The notes: generated by a model not told the origin, from the sequence alone. 64,000 bases of DNA from a virus (IMGVR_UViG_3300044796_000394), one strand, 5' to 3'; shown: positions 47,797 through 57,706, counted from the stretch's first letter. Numbers and translations: made by a program.

Positions 47797-48630
47797 ATGT
47801 TAAAGAAGAAATCAAAATTGACAGCGGCGATTAAACCGAGACGCTCCAGACACCTTAGTAAAATTATCAAAAAAGTAAAATCTCTTAGGGGACACAAGAT
47901 GACTTCGGAAACGGTACCGACTACGGAAACGGAAGTACTGAAGATGCAGGATGACGGTTACACCGGCACCGCTCCAAGTGACGAGGTTAAACCTTCAACC
48001 GAAGTTGTCAAACCTGTTACGCCTGCTGTCAAAGCATGGGCGGCAGCACCGAGAACATATTACTCGCCGTGGCAACGTCAAAACGGTTTCCTTCAACCCG
48101 ACCATATGACAAGGCCGGATCGGTTTCCCAAAATCTTCGAAACCGCCCAAAAGTTTAACCCGAACGCCAAACGAGTTTTGTCATTCGGGTGCTCCACCGG
48201 TGAAGAATGTCAATCGCTCCGCAAATATTTCCCCAACGCTGAAATCGTTGGTGTGGATTTGGACTATACGAGCATTCAAAAAGCTCGCAAAAACAACAAA
48301 GACCCAAACATCCATTTCCATACGGATCTTGGTGCAACCGGCAAGTACGATGTTGTACTCTGCTTGATGGTGTTTTTCTGCATGGATTGTCCTGTCACTT
48401 ACGGCGGTTTTTCCACAGTTCTGAAAAACGTCCACAAGTACATTAACGAAGATGGACACTTGCTCATTTACACCAGCGATCACAATCCGAGTTGGGTTGA
48501 GGAAATCGCCACTGAGTACGAACCGTTAAATGTTTGGACTCGGACACATGATAAAAACAAGAAAGACTATTATAACGGTTACTATCGGCGACTCCGCAGT
48601 GACGAGTTGCCGCCAAAAACCGGTGAGTGA
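47797..48630 (+). CDS. Class I SAM-dependent methyltransferase (CheR-like motif I)
   Basis: RVLSFGCSTGEE, IVGVDL, YDVVLC; start may be 47899. Confidence 0.85.
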   Translation: MLKKKSKLTAAIKPRRSRHLSKIIKKVKSLRGHKMTSETVPTTETEVLKMQDDGYTGTAPSDEVKPSTEVVKPVTPAVKAWAAAPRTYYSPWQRQNGFLQPDHMTRPDRFPKIFETAQKFNPNAKRVLSFGCSTGEECQSLRKYFPNAEIVGVDLDYTSIQKARKNNKDPNIHFHTDLGATGKYDVVLCLMVFFCMDCPVTYGGFSTVLKNVHKYINEDGHLLIYTSDHNPSWVEEIATEYEPLNVWTRTHDKNKKDYYNGYYRRLRSDELPPKTGE

Positions 48631-48772
48631 TTCCGCCTTGCACGCTCACCGGTTTTTCAAACAAAGAGTTAGACATGGATGATAAAAAAGCACCGCCCGG
48701 TTGGGTGATTTTGATTCTTGTTGTTCTTTTTGGCTTTGCCATTCACGGTTGTTTACAGGGAACGTGCTTCAA

Positions 48773-49123
48773 ATGAGCAAGCCCACAAACTGGTCTTTTG
48801 ATCCCACCGTTTTGGGCTTCTATTTTTCCAAAAAATTCAAGTCTGGCATTCTCGATAAAAACTTCAACAAAGATGAATTCACTTGGTATGCCGAATTCGT
48901 TAAAGTTGTTGAAGGTGAAGAATATGACATGTCGGTGTTGTCTCATATCCGAAAAGTTGGTAAAAGTAAGTACCGCATAATGCGGGAACGATGGAAACAC
49001 ATGGTGAGTAATTTCTACGAAGATCGTTACTCTCAAAAACAATGGGAATGTGTTATTGAAAGTCAAAAAGACTTTGAAGAAGTTGTTAAAGAACTAGGTC
49101 TCATTAGGCCGTGGAAAAAATGA
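48773..49123 (+). CDS. Hypothetical protein
   Basis: Likely start MSKPTNW. Confidence 0.5.
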   Translation: MSKPTNWSFDPTVLGFYFSKKFKSGILDKNFNKDEFTWYAEFVKVVEGEEYDMSVLSHIRKVGKSKYRIMRERWKHMVSNFYEDRYSQKQWECVIESQKDFEEVVKELGLIRPWKK

Positions 49124-49323
49124 AAAGACTGTTCGTATTGCCAAGTCCAAATCTGGATCGTAAAAGCAAGCTCAAATGGTTTTTTTATATTACCTGTTGG
49201 GGTTATTTGTTCACCCCCTTCAGTCGTAAAGGTACCGCTCACGCAATTGTTAGAGATTGGGTGTTATCATTAAGTGCCGAACAAGTGTCGTTATTAACCA
49301 AGGAAAAGAATGAAAACTACTGA
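49111..49323 (+). CDS. Hypothetical protein
   Basis: 70-aa ORF. Confidence 0.45.
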   Translation: MEKMKRLFVLPSPNLDRKSKLKWFFYITCWGYLFTPFSRKGTAHAIVRDWVLSLSAEQVSLLTKEKNENY

Positions 49324-49741
49324 ACTTCCAAAAGCCCTCAAAACTCGTATCGCTGATGCCATTTCTGGTCTGTCTAAAAAAGTAGATAAGCGAGCAGAAA
49401 AATATGAAGAATTATTCTCTGTAGCCAAAGAATTTGAAGGCATCAAAACTGCTGCTGGCCATCCAATCAAGGTTGGCGTCAGATCACAATCCCTCAACGT
49501 TAACGGTGTGGTTGGTTTCCATCGCATTATTACACTTGAAAAAGAAGAACCGCTGACTGTCGGTTTCACTAGCCCCAACGTCTTTGTCCCACTTTCAGCA
49601 CCGTTCGCTTATTGCTATTGGGCACCGCACGACGGCAATTATTACATCGGTAGCTGGACGACCGCACCACTCGGCGCACAACCCTTTGGTTGTATTGAAG
49701 AAGTCGTTGTCGGTTTGACTGAAAGAATTATTGCCAATTAA
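49310..49741 (+). CDS. Hypothetical protein
   Basis: 143-aa ORF with AAGGA SD. Confidence 0.55.
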   Translation: MKTTELPKALKTRIADAISGLSKKVDKRAEKYEELFSVAKEFEGIKTAAGHPIKVGVRSQSLNVNGVVGFHRIITLEKEEPLTVGFTSPNVFVPLSAPFAYCYWAPHDGNYYIGSWTTAPLGAQPFGCIEEVVVGLTERIIAN

Positions 49742-50550
49742 ATTGTTAACATCTTAGAAATAAGTCGCATACGATCAAGTATGCGACTTATTGTCGTACT
49801 ATTAGGCAAATCAGGATTATTCAAATCCTTCCAAGACTCCACCTTCGACTTCGTTCTCAACAAATGAGCAACAATCATTTTCTCAGAACCCGGAATGTCT
49901 CCATATAAATCAGGACAGTTACACCACACCGGCAATTCATGACAAGGCAATCCTAATGCTGCCAATGACAGACACAGAGCAAATTGCGGTCTGTGATAAT
50001 GACTCTTCATCGTTATATCAGAAGCTATCAAATATTCTGCCATCGCCTCATTCAATTGTACAACATACTTCGAAGGCATTGCCACAAAGCCCAAATTGAA
50101 GTAATAGGGTGATTTCTTATCGTCGTAATTAGTTGTACAAGAGAGTTTAGGTAAAGGCACACCACAACCATCAAAGAGCCTTTCCCATCCTGTACGATTA
50201 GCAAAGGGGGACTGGTAGGCCATTACGCCGCATACCTTATCCTTCGCTGGCTTCGTAATTGGCGATAAATCACACAAGACCAGCATATCGGTATCCGTGT
50301 AGATCGTAACGTCGCCTTTGGTGGGACAGGCTGTTAGTCCACCATACCACATAGGATTAAAATGCTTATTGTGAGTTATGATTTCGGATTTTTTTCTGAG
50401 ATATGAACTTTCAAGAGTATCGCCGGGATTTTGACATATAGTTAAACAAAAAGGTGTGTTGCCATAAAGTTCAAGAGAACGAATGAAAACCTCAGCTTGG
50501 AATTCATATTTCTTCCCGCCGCTCAAGGTCATGTAAAAGTGAGTCAACAT
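49738..50550 (-). CDS. GT-A fold (GT8-like) glycosyltransferase
   Basis: IYTDTDML (DxD), YFNLGFV, IVAHL; likely start MLTHFY at 50550. Confidence 0.75.
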   Translation of the reverse strand: MLTHFYMTLSGGKKYEFQAEVFIRSLELYGNTPFCLTICQNPGDTLESSYLRKKSEIITHNKHFNPMWYGGLTACPTKGDVTIYTDTDMLVLCDLSPITKPAKDKVCGVMAYQSPFANRTGWERLFDGCGVPLPKLSCTTNYDDKKSPYYFNLGFVAMPSKYVVQLNEAMAEYLIASDITMKSHYHRPQFALCLSLAALGLPCHELPVWCNCPDLYGDIPGSEKMIVAHLLRTKSKVESWKDLNNPDLPNSTTISRILDRMRLISKMLTI

Positions 50551-50563
50551 ATCTAAATATAAT

Positions 50564-51217
50564 ATGACTGAAATATTTAAAGGCGGTGGCAATACGCAAT
50601 GGTTCCATAAAAGGTTCCATTTCTCTCTTAATATCATCCCTGAAAATTATTCATATAGGATTGTTGACATATCGGACGATGGTTTAGCAAAGCGTGTGCT
50701 TGTATTTTTGATCAATGTTTCGGCAGGTTTTGATGAGGGTGACACTGCCTATTGGCAGGATTTCGTATTAGAAGCCGGTGGCATGGCTTATTTCAATTTC
50801 TTCGGCGATAATGTGATTCGAGCGAGTATCAATTCTTTTTCATTGCCTGATACCGTAGCAGTTAATCATACAATTTATGGAAGTAATGGAACTTCAACCG
50901 ATTTTGTTATTGAAGACGGCAGTGTCAATCCTAGTGAATTCAAAATTCACAATAACGATACCACTTACGATATGAATGTATCAATTATGCGTAATGGCCG
51001 TATTATTGAAACAAGTGTTATTGGCCCTGATGCAATCAAGACGGTTCAATATCGGCCAACATTTTGGATTGCGGCAACATCTGATTTAGAAGCGACTATT
51101 ACTTTGGATGATGTCAATACAGAAATATCAATTTTAGGTGTCAATACCGCCGATATTAATGTTGACGCAAGCGATGACGTTTACACCTTCACTTTGGCTA
51201 ATATCACCTTTGCTTGA
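50564..51217 (+). CDS. Beta-rich acidic hypothetical protein (possibly virion)
   Basis: 217 aa; TAAATA 4 nt before ATG. Confidence 0.55.
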   Translation: MTEIFKGGGNTQWFHKRFHFSLNIIPENYSYRIVDISDDGLAKRVLVFLINVSAGFDEGDTAYWQDFVLEAGGMAYFNFFGDNVIRASINSFSLPDTVAVNHTIYGSNGTSTDFVIEDGSVNPSEFKIHNNDTTYDMNVSIMRNGRIIETSVIGPDAIKTVQYRPTFWIAATSDLEATITLDDVNTEISILGVNTADINVDASDDVYTFTLANITFA

Positions 51218-51337
51218 TTTGTAGGGACAATGACGACAATTCGAATGACAACACTTCTTGCGTTTCAGCAAGAAGTGTTCGGTGAATACGTATTTGCCGT
51301 TTTCAATGTAATAATCAATTCCTTCGACTAATTCCAT
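51134..51337 (-). CDS. DUF5522-like small Cys-rich protein
   Basis: EGIDYYIENGKYVFTEHFLLKRKKCCHSNCRHCPY. Confidence 0.7.
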   Translation of the reverse strand: MELVEGIDYYIENGKYVFTEHFLLKRKKCCHSNCRHCPYKSSKGDISQSEGVNVIACVNINIGGIDT

Positions 51338-52867
51338 TTACTTCTTTCTTGGGAACAATGGTTCCAACTTTTCGCTAGTGACCTCAATCTTTCCTTCGGT
51401 ATCGTATTCACGGTGAATGATTTTGTACATCTGATCCCACGTTAACTTTTCCCATTCGTCTTTCCAATTGAAAGCCTTGTATACTTTTTCAGCAGTATCC
51501 GGCAAGTAGGGTTTGAGATAAATGGAAACGATTCGCAAGCTCATGCAACACCAACGTAGGAACGATGGTGTTGACTCAATGGTTTTGTCCCACGGTTTGT
51601 TTTCTTCGATTTGAGTATTGATGTACGTCAAAAGATTCCAAACCAATTGAAGGGCATCACGGTAGTGGTAAAAACACGTTTTTTCAATCCATGTAGAATT
51701 TCTTGGCAGCGGCGGTGCCCATTTTTCGTTATGTGAATTTTCCGCTGTTCCAAACTTGCGAACCAGAGTGTGAACCCGGCTAAGCAGATTTCCAAGATTG
51801 TTAGCAAGATCGGAGTTGTAAACTTCCTTAAAGTGCTGAGGATCATAATCGCCATCTGAGCCGAATGAGCATTTCGCCAAAAAGTAGTAGCGGTAAGCAT
51901 CACGACCGTATTCGCTAACGATTTCTGTTGGATCGATAAACGTACCACTCTTGGAAATCTTCTCACCCTTCGTTTGGATGAATCCATGTCCAAACACCTT
52001 GGAAGGCAGAGCGATATGTGGTTGCGCAATTGGCTGTTCGGCACCAATGTTGTACGCTGCAATCATAGCTGGCCAAAAGATACAGTGGAAGCGAGTGATG
52101 TCTTTCCCGATGATGTGAGCGTCCGCAGGCCACCATTTGAGGAACATCTCTTCATTGTTCCCAAACCCTGCCCCGGTCAAATAATTAATGAGGGCGTCAA
52201 ACCAAACATAAATTACTTGGCTTTCATCCCACGGAATCGGAATGCCCCATCCTTGATTGCGACGACTAATCGAGATGTCTTCAATCTCTTCCAAAAAGGC
52301 TTCCACTTCATTTGCTCTCACTTGCGGTCGAACATTAACCAAAAAGTTTTTGGCGACTTCTTTGAACCTCGGATCGGACAACCGGAAGAAGTAGTTTTCC
52401 TCTTCAACCTGAACTATGTCGAGGGTTTGGTGATTCGGACACTTGCCATCAACGAGGCTTTTACCTGTCTTGAATTCTTCACAACCGGCACAGTAAGGAG
52501 CTTTATACTGTTTTTTGTAAATGGCTCCCGATCTTTCGGCTATGGTAATGAATTTGGTTACTGCTGCCTTGTGTTCGGGGGAGGTGGTCTGGATGAAGGC
52601 ATCGTAGGAAATGCCGAGCAAGTCCCAGACCTTGCGAAATTCGATTGCCATTTCATCGCAATACGCTTGTGGATCTTTGTTGAGTTTCTTGGCACGTTCG
52701 GCAACTTTCAGGGTATTCTCGTCGTTACCCATTAAGAATCGTACTTCGTTGCCAGTCATCCGTTGGAACCGGGCTTGGGCATCAGCACCCAATTTCTCGA
52801 ATGCCGTTCCAATGTGAGGAAGACTGTTTGGGTAATCAATTGCGGTCGTGATGAAGAACTTAGACAT
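51338..52867 (-). CDS. metG: Methionyl-tRNA synthetase (short, no C-terminal appended domain)
   Basis: ITTAIDYPNSLPHIGT, CAGCEEF...CPNH knuckle, EENYFFRLS, YVWFDALINY, IGKDITRFH, KISKS, LANNLGNLLSR. Confidence 0.96.
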   Translation of the reverse strand: MSKFFITTAIDYPNSLPHIGTAFEKLGADAQARFQRMTGNEVRFLMGNDENTLKVAERAKKLNKDPQAYCDEMAIEFRKVWDLLGISYDAFIQTTSPEHKAAVTKFITIAERSGAIYKKQYKAPYCAGCEEFKTGKSLVDGKCPNHQTLDIVQVEEENYFFRLSDPRFKEVAKNFLVNVRPQVRANEVEAFLEEIEDISISRRNQGWGIPIPWDESQVIYVWFDALINYLTGAGFGNNEEMFLKWWPADAHIIGKDITRFHCIFWPAMIAAYNIGAEQPIAQPHIALPSKVFGHGFIQTKGEKISKSGTFIDPTEIVSEYGRDAYRYYFLAKCSFGSDGDYDPQHFKEVYNSDLANNLGNLLSRVHTLVRKFGTAENSHNEKWAPPLPRNSTWIEKTCFYHYRDALQLVWNLLTYINTQIEENKPWDKTIESTPSFLRWCCMSLRIVSIYLKPYLPDTAEKVYKAFNWKDEWEKLTWDQMYKIIHREYDTEGKIEVTSEKLEPLFPRKK

Positions 52868-52879
52868 AGGTTTCCCTTG

Positions 52880-52911
52880 AAAAAAACAAACGCCCCTAAT
52901 GGTGAGGCGTT
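52880..52911 (-). terminator. Terminator-like hairpin in metG leader
   Basis: AACGCCTC-accatta-GGGGCGTT-TGTTTTTTT on minus strand. Confidence 0.6.
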
Positions 52912-52923
52912 AATGTTGAACCT

Positions 52924-52951
52924 ATGATACACTTTATTCGTACAATGTCAA
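52924..52951 (-). promoter_or_regulatory. Sigma70-type promoter upstream of metG
   Basis: TTGACA-16 nt-TATCAT with upstream A-tract. Confidence 0.6.
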
Positions 52952-53051
52952 GTTTTTTTATTCTTGATTTCTTCCAATAAGTCTTCAATCGTTCTCAATT
53001 TATAAGCTACCAAAAACATCCATAAAGCAACAACAAATGAGGCACATACCA

Positions 53052-53714
53052 TTATAGGATCACTCTCTGTAAGAATTTAGGTCGTTTCTTATTAATGAAT
53101 TCCACCAAGCTTGTCTTTCCATCGTATTTGTGCGTCATATTCCGCAACTGCTTGGCCGTTGGGTTCAAATCCCAATCCAACTCCGCTTGTAGATTTCTGT
53201 TTTTAAATCCAAGGTCATCCAACTTGAAATCAATTCCAGCCATCTCACCCAATTGCCGCAAGCCCGGCTTCATATTTTCGTACTGGATTTCTACGTATTG
53301 CTTCGGCAAAATGTTGTAGAGTCCCAAACAATGCATGCTGTTTGAGTACCAGCGTTGCATACAGAGTCTTACTCGTTGGTCAGTTTCATATTCACCGTAA
53401 AGGTTTCTCGGAGGATATGAGTCTGGCTTAGAAAAAGCCATACTGTTTACTACATTATCTGGATCACGCCAGACGTTAACATAAATGCTGTCCGGGTATT
53501 TGTTGGACAAGATGTGTAGGTTTCGCCAGTTTTCGCAATACTTGAATGTTATCGTTTTAGCCTTGGGTGGAAATGTCCATGTTCGTGGTGATTCTAGTGG
53601 GTGTGAATCCCACGGTTCATTGTATGTACGATCAGTATGTTTCCCAACGAAATCTGTTACGAACGTTGTACCGCTTCTTGGGGAACCGATTATAAAGAGC
53701 ATCTTTGCCATCAT
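53052..53714 (-). CDS. Sulfotransferase family protein
   Basis: FIIGSPRSGTT, NEPW, WRDPDNVVNS, IQYE. Confidence 0.85.
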   Translation of the reverse strand: MMAKMLFIIGSPRSGTTFVTDFVGKHTDRTYNEPWDSHPLESPRTWTFPPKAKTITFKYCENWRNLHILSNKYPDSIYVNVWRDPDNVVNSMAFSKPDSYPPRNLYGEYETDQRVRLCMQRWYSNSMHCLGLYNILPKQYVEIQYENMKPGLRQLGEMAGIDFKLDDLGFKNRNLQAELDWDLNPTAKQLRNMTHKYDGKTSLVEFINKKRPKFLQRVIL

Positions 53715-53929
53715 TAAGCCTCACAAACAAATGCGATATGTTTTTCGTCAATATTGATTTTGTTTTTGTAGATCACGTTTGTTGTGACATTCACGCTATA
53801 CAAATTAATTCCCAATTGACCATTTTCCCAACCATATTGATGACAACCTACTATTTTGCCGTATTGAAGACCCATTTTGGGGGTATGAGCAATAGCATAA
53901 TCATTAATTTTATACTTGAATTTTTTCAT
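53714..53929 (-). CDS. Small SH3-like hypothetical protein
   Basis: FKYKIND...YGKIVG...YSV. Confidence 0.5.
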   Translation of the reverse strand: MKKFKYKINDYAIAHTPKMGLQYGKIVGCHQYGWENGQLGINLYSVNVTTNVIYKNKINIDEKHIAFVCEA

Positions 53930-54717
53930 GAAAATATCCTCACACGTGCTTTACATAACTCCTTGTACTCTTTGACAAAAAGCTTTTTGTTGCGAACTCC
54001 TGTATAATGTATCGACTGCATATTAAAAATGTCTGTATATTTACATTTGCTTCTAAATGAGTTGACTTCGTTGTATTGTTTGATCGGTAAGCCGTATTTG
54101 GCTATCAATAGGCTAGTAGGGTGTTCATCATTGTTAAACCACGCCTTATTGCTTTCGATCCAATCCTTTTCATCAAAGAATTCTGCTTTGAGTGCCTTCA
54201 ATTCTTCGGTAATCGCAATACTCGGTCTTGGAATCCAAATCATTCCACAATTGTATTGACGGTCAGCTACTGCCGGTAATGGTTTGCGACAAAGCGTTTG
54301 TAGGTTCCGTGTGGAAGATAGTTGGAAAAGATTGAAGGGGCCGGAAGTTGTTAAATGTCTACGTGCGAAGTTGCGTACTAAAATGATGTCCGTATCAAGA
54401 TACATTGCGGGTGCATCAATTAAACTGTATAATTCAAACTTGGCGGTGTGATTGGGTTCTAATTCAGGTCGATAGTGGAATATCAACTTCTTGAGATTTT
54501 TGTGTCGTTCATTTGTTAAAACGTGGACGGTAGCTTTGGGATAAAAGAAGTTCAGTTGGCTAACCATCGTACTGAACATGGTGTCCTGTGTAGAGTTCCA
54601 AAGATCGACTTTGGTGCTGTGCTCCACATAGGACGGAATGTCGTTAAGGTTTTTTTTGCTGTATTTGACTAGCAAAAAATTATCAATCAGCAATTTATTC
54701 GTTCTAGGGTGGATCAT
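53926..54717 (-). CDS. GT8-like glycosyltransferase
   Basis: KFELY, MYLDTDII, YNCGMIWIPRPS, NDE, IHYTG. Confidence 0.8.
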   Translation of the reverse strand: MIHPRTNKLLIDNFLLVKYSKKNLNDIPSYVEHSTKVDLWNSTQDTMFSTMVSQLNFFYPKATVHVLTNERHKNLKKLIFHYRPELEPNHTAKFELYSLIDAPAMYLDTDIILVRNFARRHLTTSGPFNLFQLSSTRNLQTLCRKPLPAVADRQYNCGMIWIPRPSIAITEELKALKAEFFDEKDWIESNKAWFNNDEHPTSLLIAKYGLPIKQYNEVNSFRSKCKYTDIFNMQSIHYTGVRNKKLFVKEYKELCKARVRIFS

Positions 54718-54794
54718 TGGATTTCCTATGTTATTATAGGAACCTTATGTACAACCTATAAGTCGTGTACAAATAGTGGCGAGGTAATTTACTA

Positions 54795-54971
54795 ATGTGG
54801 AATCCGTGGATGAAATTGGTTAAACTACGGTCACTGTATCCTGTCGGAAGCAGCCATACGGATACCAATGGAATTGGTGGCGTAATTGTTGGGCATTTGG
54901 CTTCAGATGGGAATTTATTTCTGATCCTCGATGTTCGAGGATTCAGATACCGCAAAAGCATTAAGATTTAA
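54795..54971 (+). CDS. Small hypothetical protein (58 aa)
   Basis: Manual ORF MWNPWMKLVKLRSLYPVGS..., GAGGT SD. Confidence 0.45.
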   Translation: MWNPWMKLVKLRSLYPVGSSHTDTNGIGGVIVGHLASDGNLFLILDVRGFRYRKSIKI

Positions 54972-54981
54972 GGAATCGGCC

Positions 54982-55386
54982 ATGCGTCAAGAAAAGACCC
55001 TTACATCGTTTCTCGGCAAACCAGAGGAACCTAAGCCTCGCAAGGGTATGTCGCCAGAGCAAAAGCAACGCATCGGCGGCTACATGGATGATTTCAAGGC
55101 AACCAATGGTGGATGCCTCTTGTGTAAAGACAAAACGCTCATCGCCGAAACGAACGCCTTCCCCGATATTTCCGCAACCCACGCCGGATTGTTCCTTTAT
55201 GGGTTGTGCAAGCAGCACGCCAACGAAGTCGATTCCGATAAGCAATCAGAACTGGCCATGATGCAGATATGGCGTACAAGATCCGAAATTCCCAAAGAAG
55301 AGCGACAAACCCAATCTCTGCCTGCGGATTGCAAAATCGTGATGATCGACCTTAACCAAGATCCCGAAGTGAGAATTTATCTGTGA
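54982..55386 (+). CDS. Hypothetical protein with CxxC...CxxH
   Basis: AAGGA SD before ATG 54982. Confidence 0.5.
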   Translation: MRQEKTLTSFLGKPEEPKPRKGMSPEQKQRIGGYMDDFKATNGGCLLCKDKTLIAETNAFPDISATHAGLFLYGLCKQHANEVDSDKQSELAMMQIWRTRSEIPKEERQTQSLPADCKIVMIDLNQDPEVRIYL

Positions 55387-56243
55387 TTCGATCTGAAATT
55401 GACGCCTACCCCGTTATGCGGGGTAAGGTACGTGATACCTACGATGTTGGTAATAACACTCTGGTGGTTGTAACAACCGACCGCCTGAGTGCCTTTGATT
55501 ATGTACTTCCAAGTATCATTCCCAATCGTGGGAAAGTGTTAACTCAACTCACAAACTTTTGGTTTCCAAGACTACTAACAACAACTCATGTTCTTTCTAC
55601 TGACTTGAAAGATATGCCGAAAGAATTTCATAAAAAGGAATTCGAAGATAGAACGATGTTGGTTACTAAGTGCCAAATGTTTCCCTACGAATGTGTTGTT
55701 AGAGGATTTCTATCCGGCTCGGCATGGGATGAATACACCAAAAAAGGCACCATAGGTTTTCAAGATGCTCCTAAAGGCTTGACTGAATCTATGCCTCTAT
55801 ATCCGCCAGTCTTTACTCCGGCCACAAAAGAAGCTAATGGACACGACATTAATATCTCATTGGATGAAATGAGAGAGGGTTGTGTGTGGGCTGATTTTCT
55901 CTCGCTTCATTCAACTGATATTTTCATAGAAGCACAAGAAATCGCATTTTCCAAAGGATTGCTTTTGGCGGATACGAAGTTTGAATTTGGAGCCAACCAT
56001 AATAAAGAAGTCATATTGTGCGATGAATTCTTGACTCCTGATAGCAGCCGTTATTGGCCAGTCGATACATATCGTACGGGATCGAATGTACCAAGTCTTG
56101 ACAAACAGGTTGTTAGACAATGGCTTTTGGAATCTGGTTGGGATCGCAAGAGCGAACCGCCTGAACTTCCGCAAGCTGTAATAGAAAAAGTCAGTAAGAA
56201 TTACGAACGTGTTTACTTCATGTTAACTGGAAAAACATTGTAA
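55383..56243 (+). CDS. purC: SAICAR synthetase
   Basis: GKVRDTY, DRLSAFD, ECVVRG, ADTKFEFG, DEFLTPDSSRYW, DKQVVR. Confidence 0.96.
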   Translation: MIRSEIDAYPVMRGKVRDTYDVGNNTLVVVTTDRLSAFDYVLPSIIPNRGKVLTQLTNFWFPRLLTTTHVLSTDLKDMPKEFHKKEFEDRTMLVTKCQMFPYECVVRGFLSGSAWDEYTKKGTIGFQDAPKGLTESMPLYPPVFTPATKEANGHDINISLDEMREGCVWADFLSLHSTDIFIEAQEIAFSKGLLLADTKFEFGANHNKEVILCDEFLTPDSSRYWPVDTYRTGSNVPSLDKQVVRQWLLESGWDRKSEPPELPQAVIEKVSKNYERVYFMLTGKTL

Positions 56244-56770
56244 TGGACTCAATTCAAGCGATACTCTGTGGAACACCCAAACTCGAAAAGCATTTCGTTG
56301 GACAAAAGAGCATTTTCGCCATTCTTGTCAATAACGGAAAGCTTTTGAAATTGCCAATGGGCGGATCGCCATATTTAGTTCATAAAGAACGCAACAGTTA
56401 TTTGGGTGTAGCCAATCGTTACATCTTTGAAAAATTTACTGTGGTTGATTTTGGCAATTTGGTAGGGTATAAGAATAATAAGATGGAATCTAAAAATGAC
56501 CGCTGTGGATCGGAGTGGTCATTCAGAGTCGTTGATCCCATTATGGCTCCTAAATTTGCTGCATACGAGTGGACGATTAACAAGATTGAGCTGGTGACAA
56601 GACGTTATTTGATCTCTGACGAAGATGATCATATTCCTGATATGAATGATATGTCTACGTTGATGATAGACCAAATAGACATTGACTCTGACATCAAGAA
56701 AGTTCCAGCACCGCAAGGTGTAACATTGCTACCGTTCAATGTTAATTACATCCTCCACCTTTCCAAGTGA
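56243..56770 (+). CDS. Hypothetical protein
   Basis: 175-aa ORF, TAATG-coupled to purC. Confidence 0.55.
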   Translation: MDSIQAILCGTPKLEKHFVGQKSIFAILVNNGKLLKLPMGGSPYLVHKERNSYLGVANRYIFEKFTVVDFGNLVGYKNNKMESKNDRCGSEWSFRVVDPIMAPKFAAYEWTINKIELVTRRYLISDEDDHIPDMNDMSTLMIDQIDIDSDIKKVPAPQGVTLLPFNVNYILHLSK

Positions 56771-56779
56771 GAAGCCTTT

Positions 56780-57055
56780 ATGTTTTACGCAACTTACGGC
56801 CACGGAAGAGACTCAGTTGTTAAGTTGAAAGCAATGTCCTTGGAAGACGCCAAGGCCGAAGTTGCTGGATTGACGGACAAAGGCTTCTGGAGTACCGTAC
56901 TTGGAAAAAAAATAGTAATCTTGCATGTCATTGGCGAGTATGCTTTTGATTTGAACCAATGGCAAAAAAATCAAGTTCCTCCCACACCTCCACGTAAACC
57001 AACTAGACAAGAATACTACGATTACTTGTATCGTGAGTTGGGCGGCGAAGGTTAA
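56780..57055 (+). CDS. Hypothetical protein
   Basis: 91-aa ORF. Confidence 0.5.
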   Translation: MFYATYGHGRDSVVKLKAMSLEDAKAEVAGLTDKGFWSTVLGKKIVILHVIGEYAFDLNQWQKNQVPPTPPRKPTRQEYYDYLYRELGGEG

Positions 57056-57076
57056 CAATTTTCCGAAGGGTCATTC

Positions 57077-57706
57077 ATGACATGCATCATAGGTTTCGCT
57101 GATAAAGACAAAGTTTATATCGGCGGCGACTCGGCAGGCGTTTCCGGATATAGCATTCATATCCGTGCCGATGAAAAGGTGTTTCGCAATGGCCCATTCA
57201 TTATGGGCTTTACATCAAGCTTCCGAATGGGACAACTTCTCCGGTACGTTTTTCAACCGCCCGAACAACCCGCCGATATGGATGATCGCAAATTCATGGT
57301 TGCGGTATTCATTCCCGCAGTTAAGAAATGTTTCAAAAGCGGTGGTTTTCAAAGAAGTAAAGACGGGGGAGACAGAGGCGGCGCATTCCTAGTAGGATAC
57401 AAAGGCAGACTGTACGAAATTGACGAAGACTACCAAGTTGGCTTATTGGCTGACAACGTGGCCTCGGTTGGATGTGGTGAGAGTGTGGCATTGGGTGCTA
57501 TGTACGGTTTAGCTCATACCAAACTTGATCCCATCGCAAAAATTCTTAAGGCTTTGGAAATTACATCCTACTTGAATGCTGGTGTTAGACCACCATTCAT
57601 TGTTGAGACTCTTTCAATTCACGATACACCACCACTCACGACATTGCCTTTACCATCTTTAACACCACCACCTGTTGAAGCTGTAACAGAGCCAGAGAAG
57701 AGTTAA
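57077..57706 (+). CDS. HslV/proteasome-beta-like Ntn threonine peptidase
   Basis: M-TCIIG N-terminal Thr, GGDS, EKVF, SVGCG...ALGAM. Confidence 0.8.
   Translation: MTCIIGFADKDKVYIGGDSAGVSGYSIHIRADEKVFRNGPFIMGFTSSFRMGQLLRYVFQPPEQPADMDDRKFMVAVFIPAVKKCFKSGGFQRSKDGGDRGGAFLVGYKGRLYEIDEDYQVGLLADNVASVGCGESVALGAMYGLAHTKLDPIAKILKALEITSYLNAGVRPPFIVETLSIHDTPPLTTLPLPSLTPPPVEAVTEPEKS

Noticed and set aside
51974-52735. 253-aa plus-strand ORF, and similar antisense ORFs over gp5, tape measure, aspS and leuS
   Set aside because: Shadow ORFs opposite well-supported genes, with no motifs
54920-54947. 12-bp hairpin TCTGA-TCCTCGA/TCGAGGA-T-TCAGA
   Set aside because: Lies inside a small ORF, lacks a U-tract, and has no supporting context
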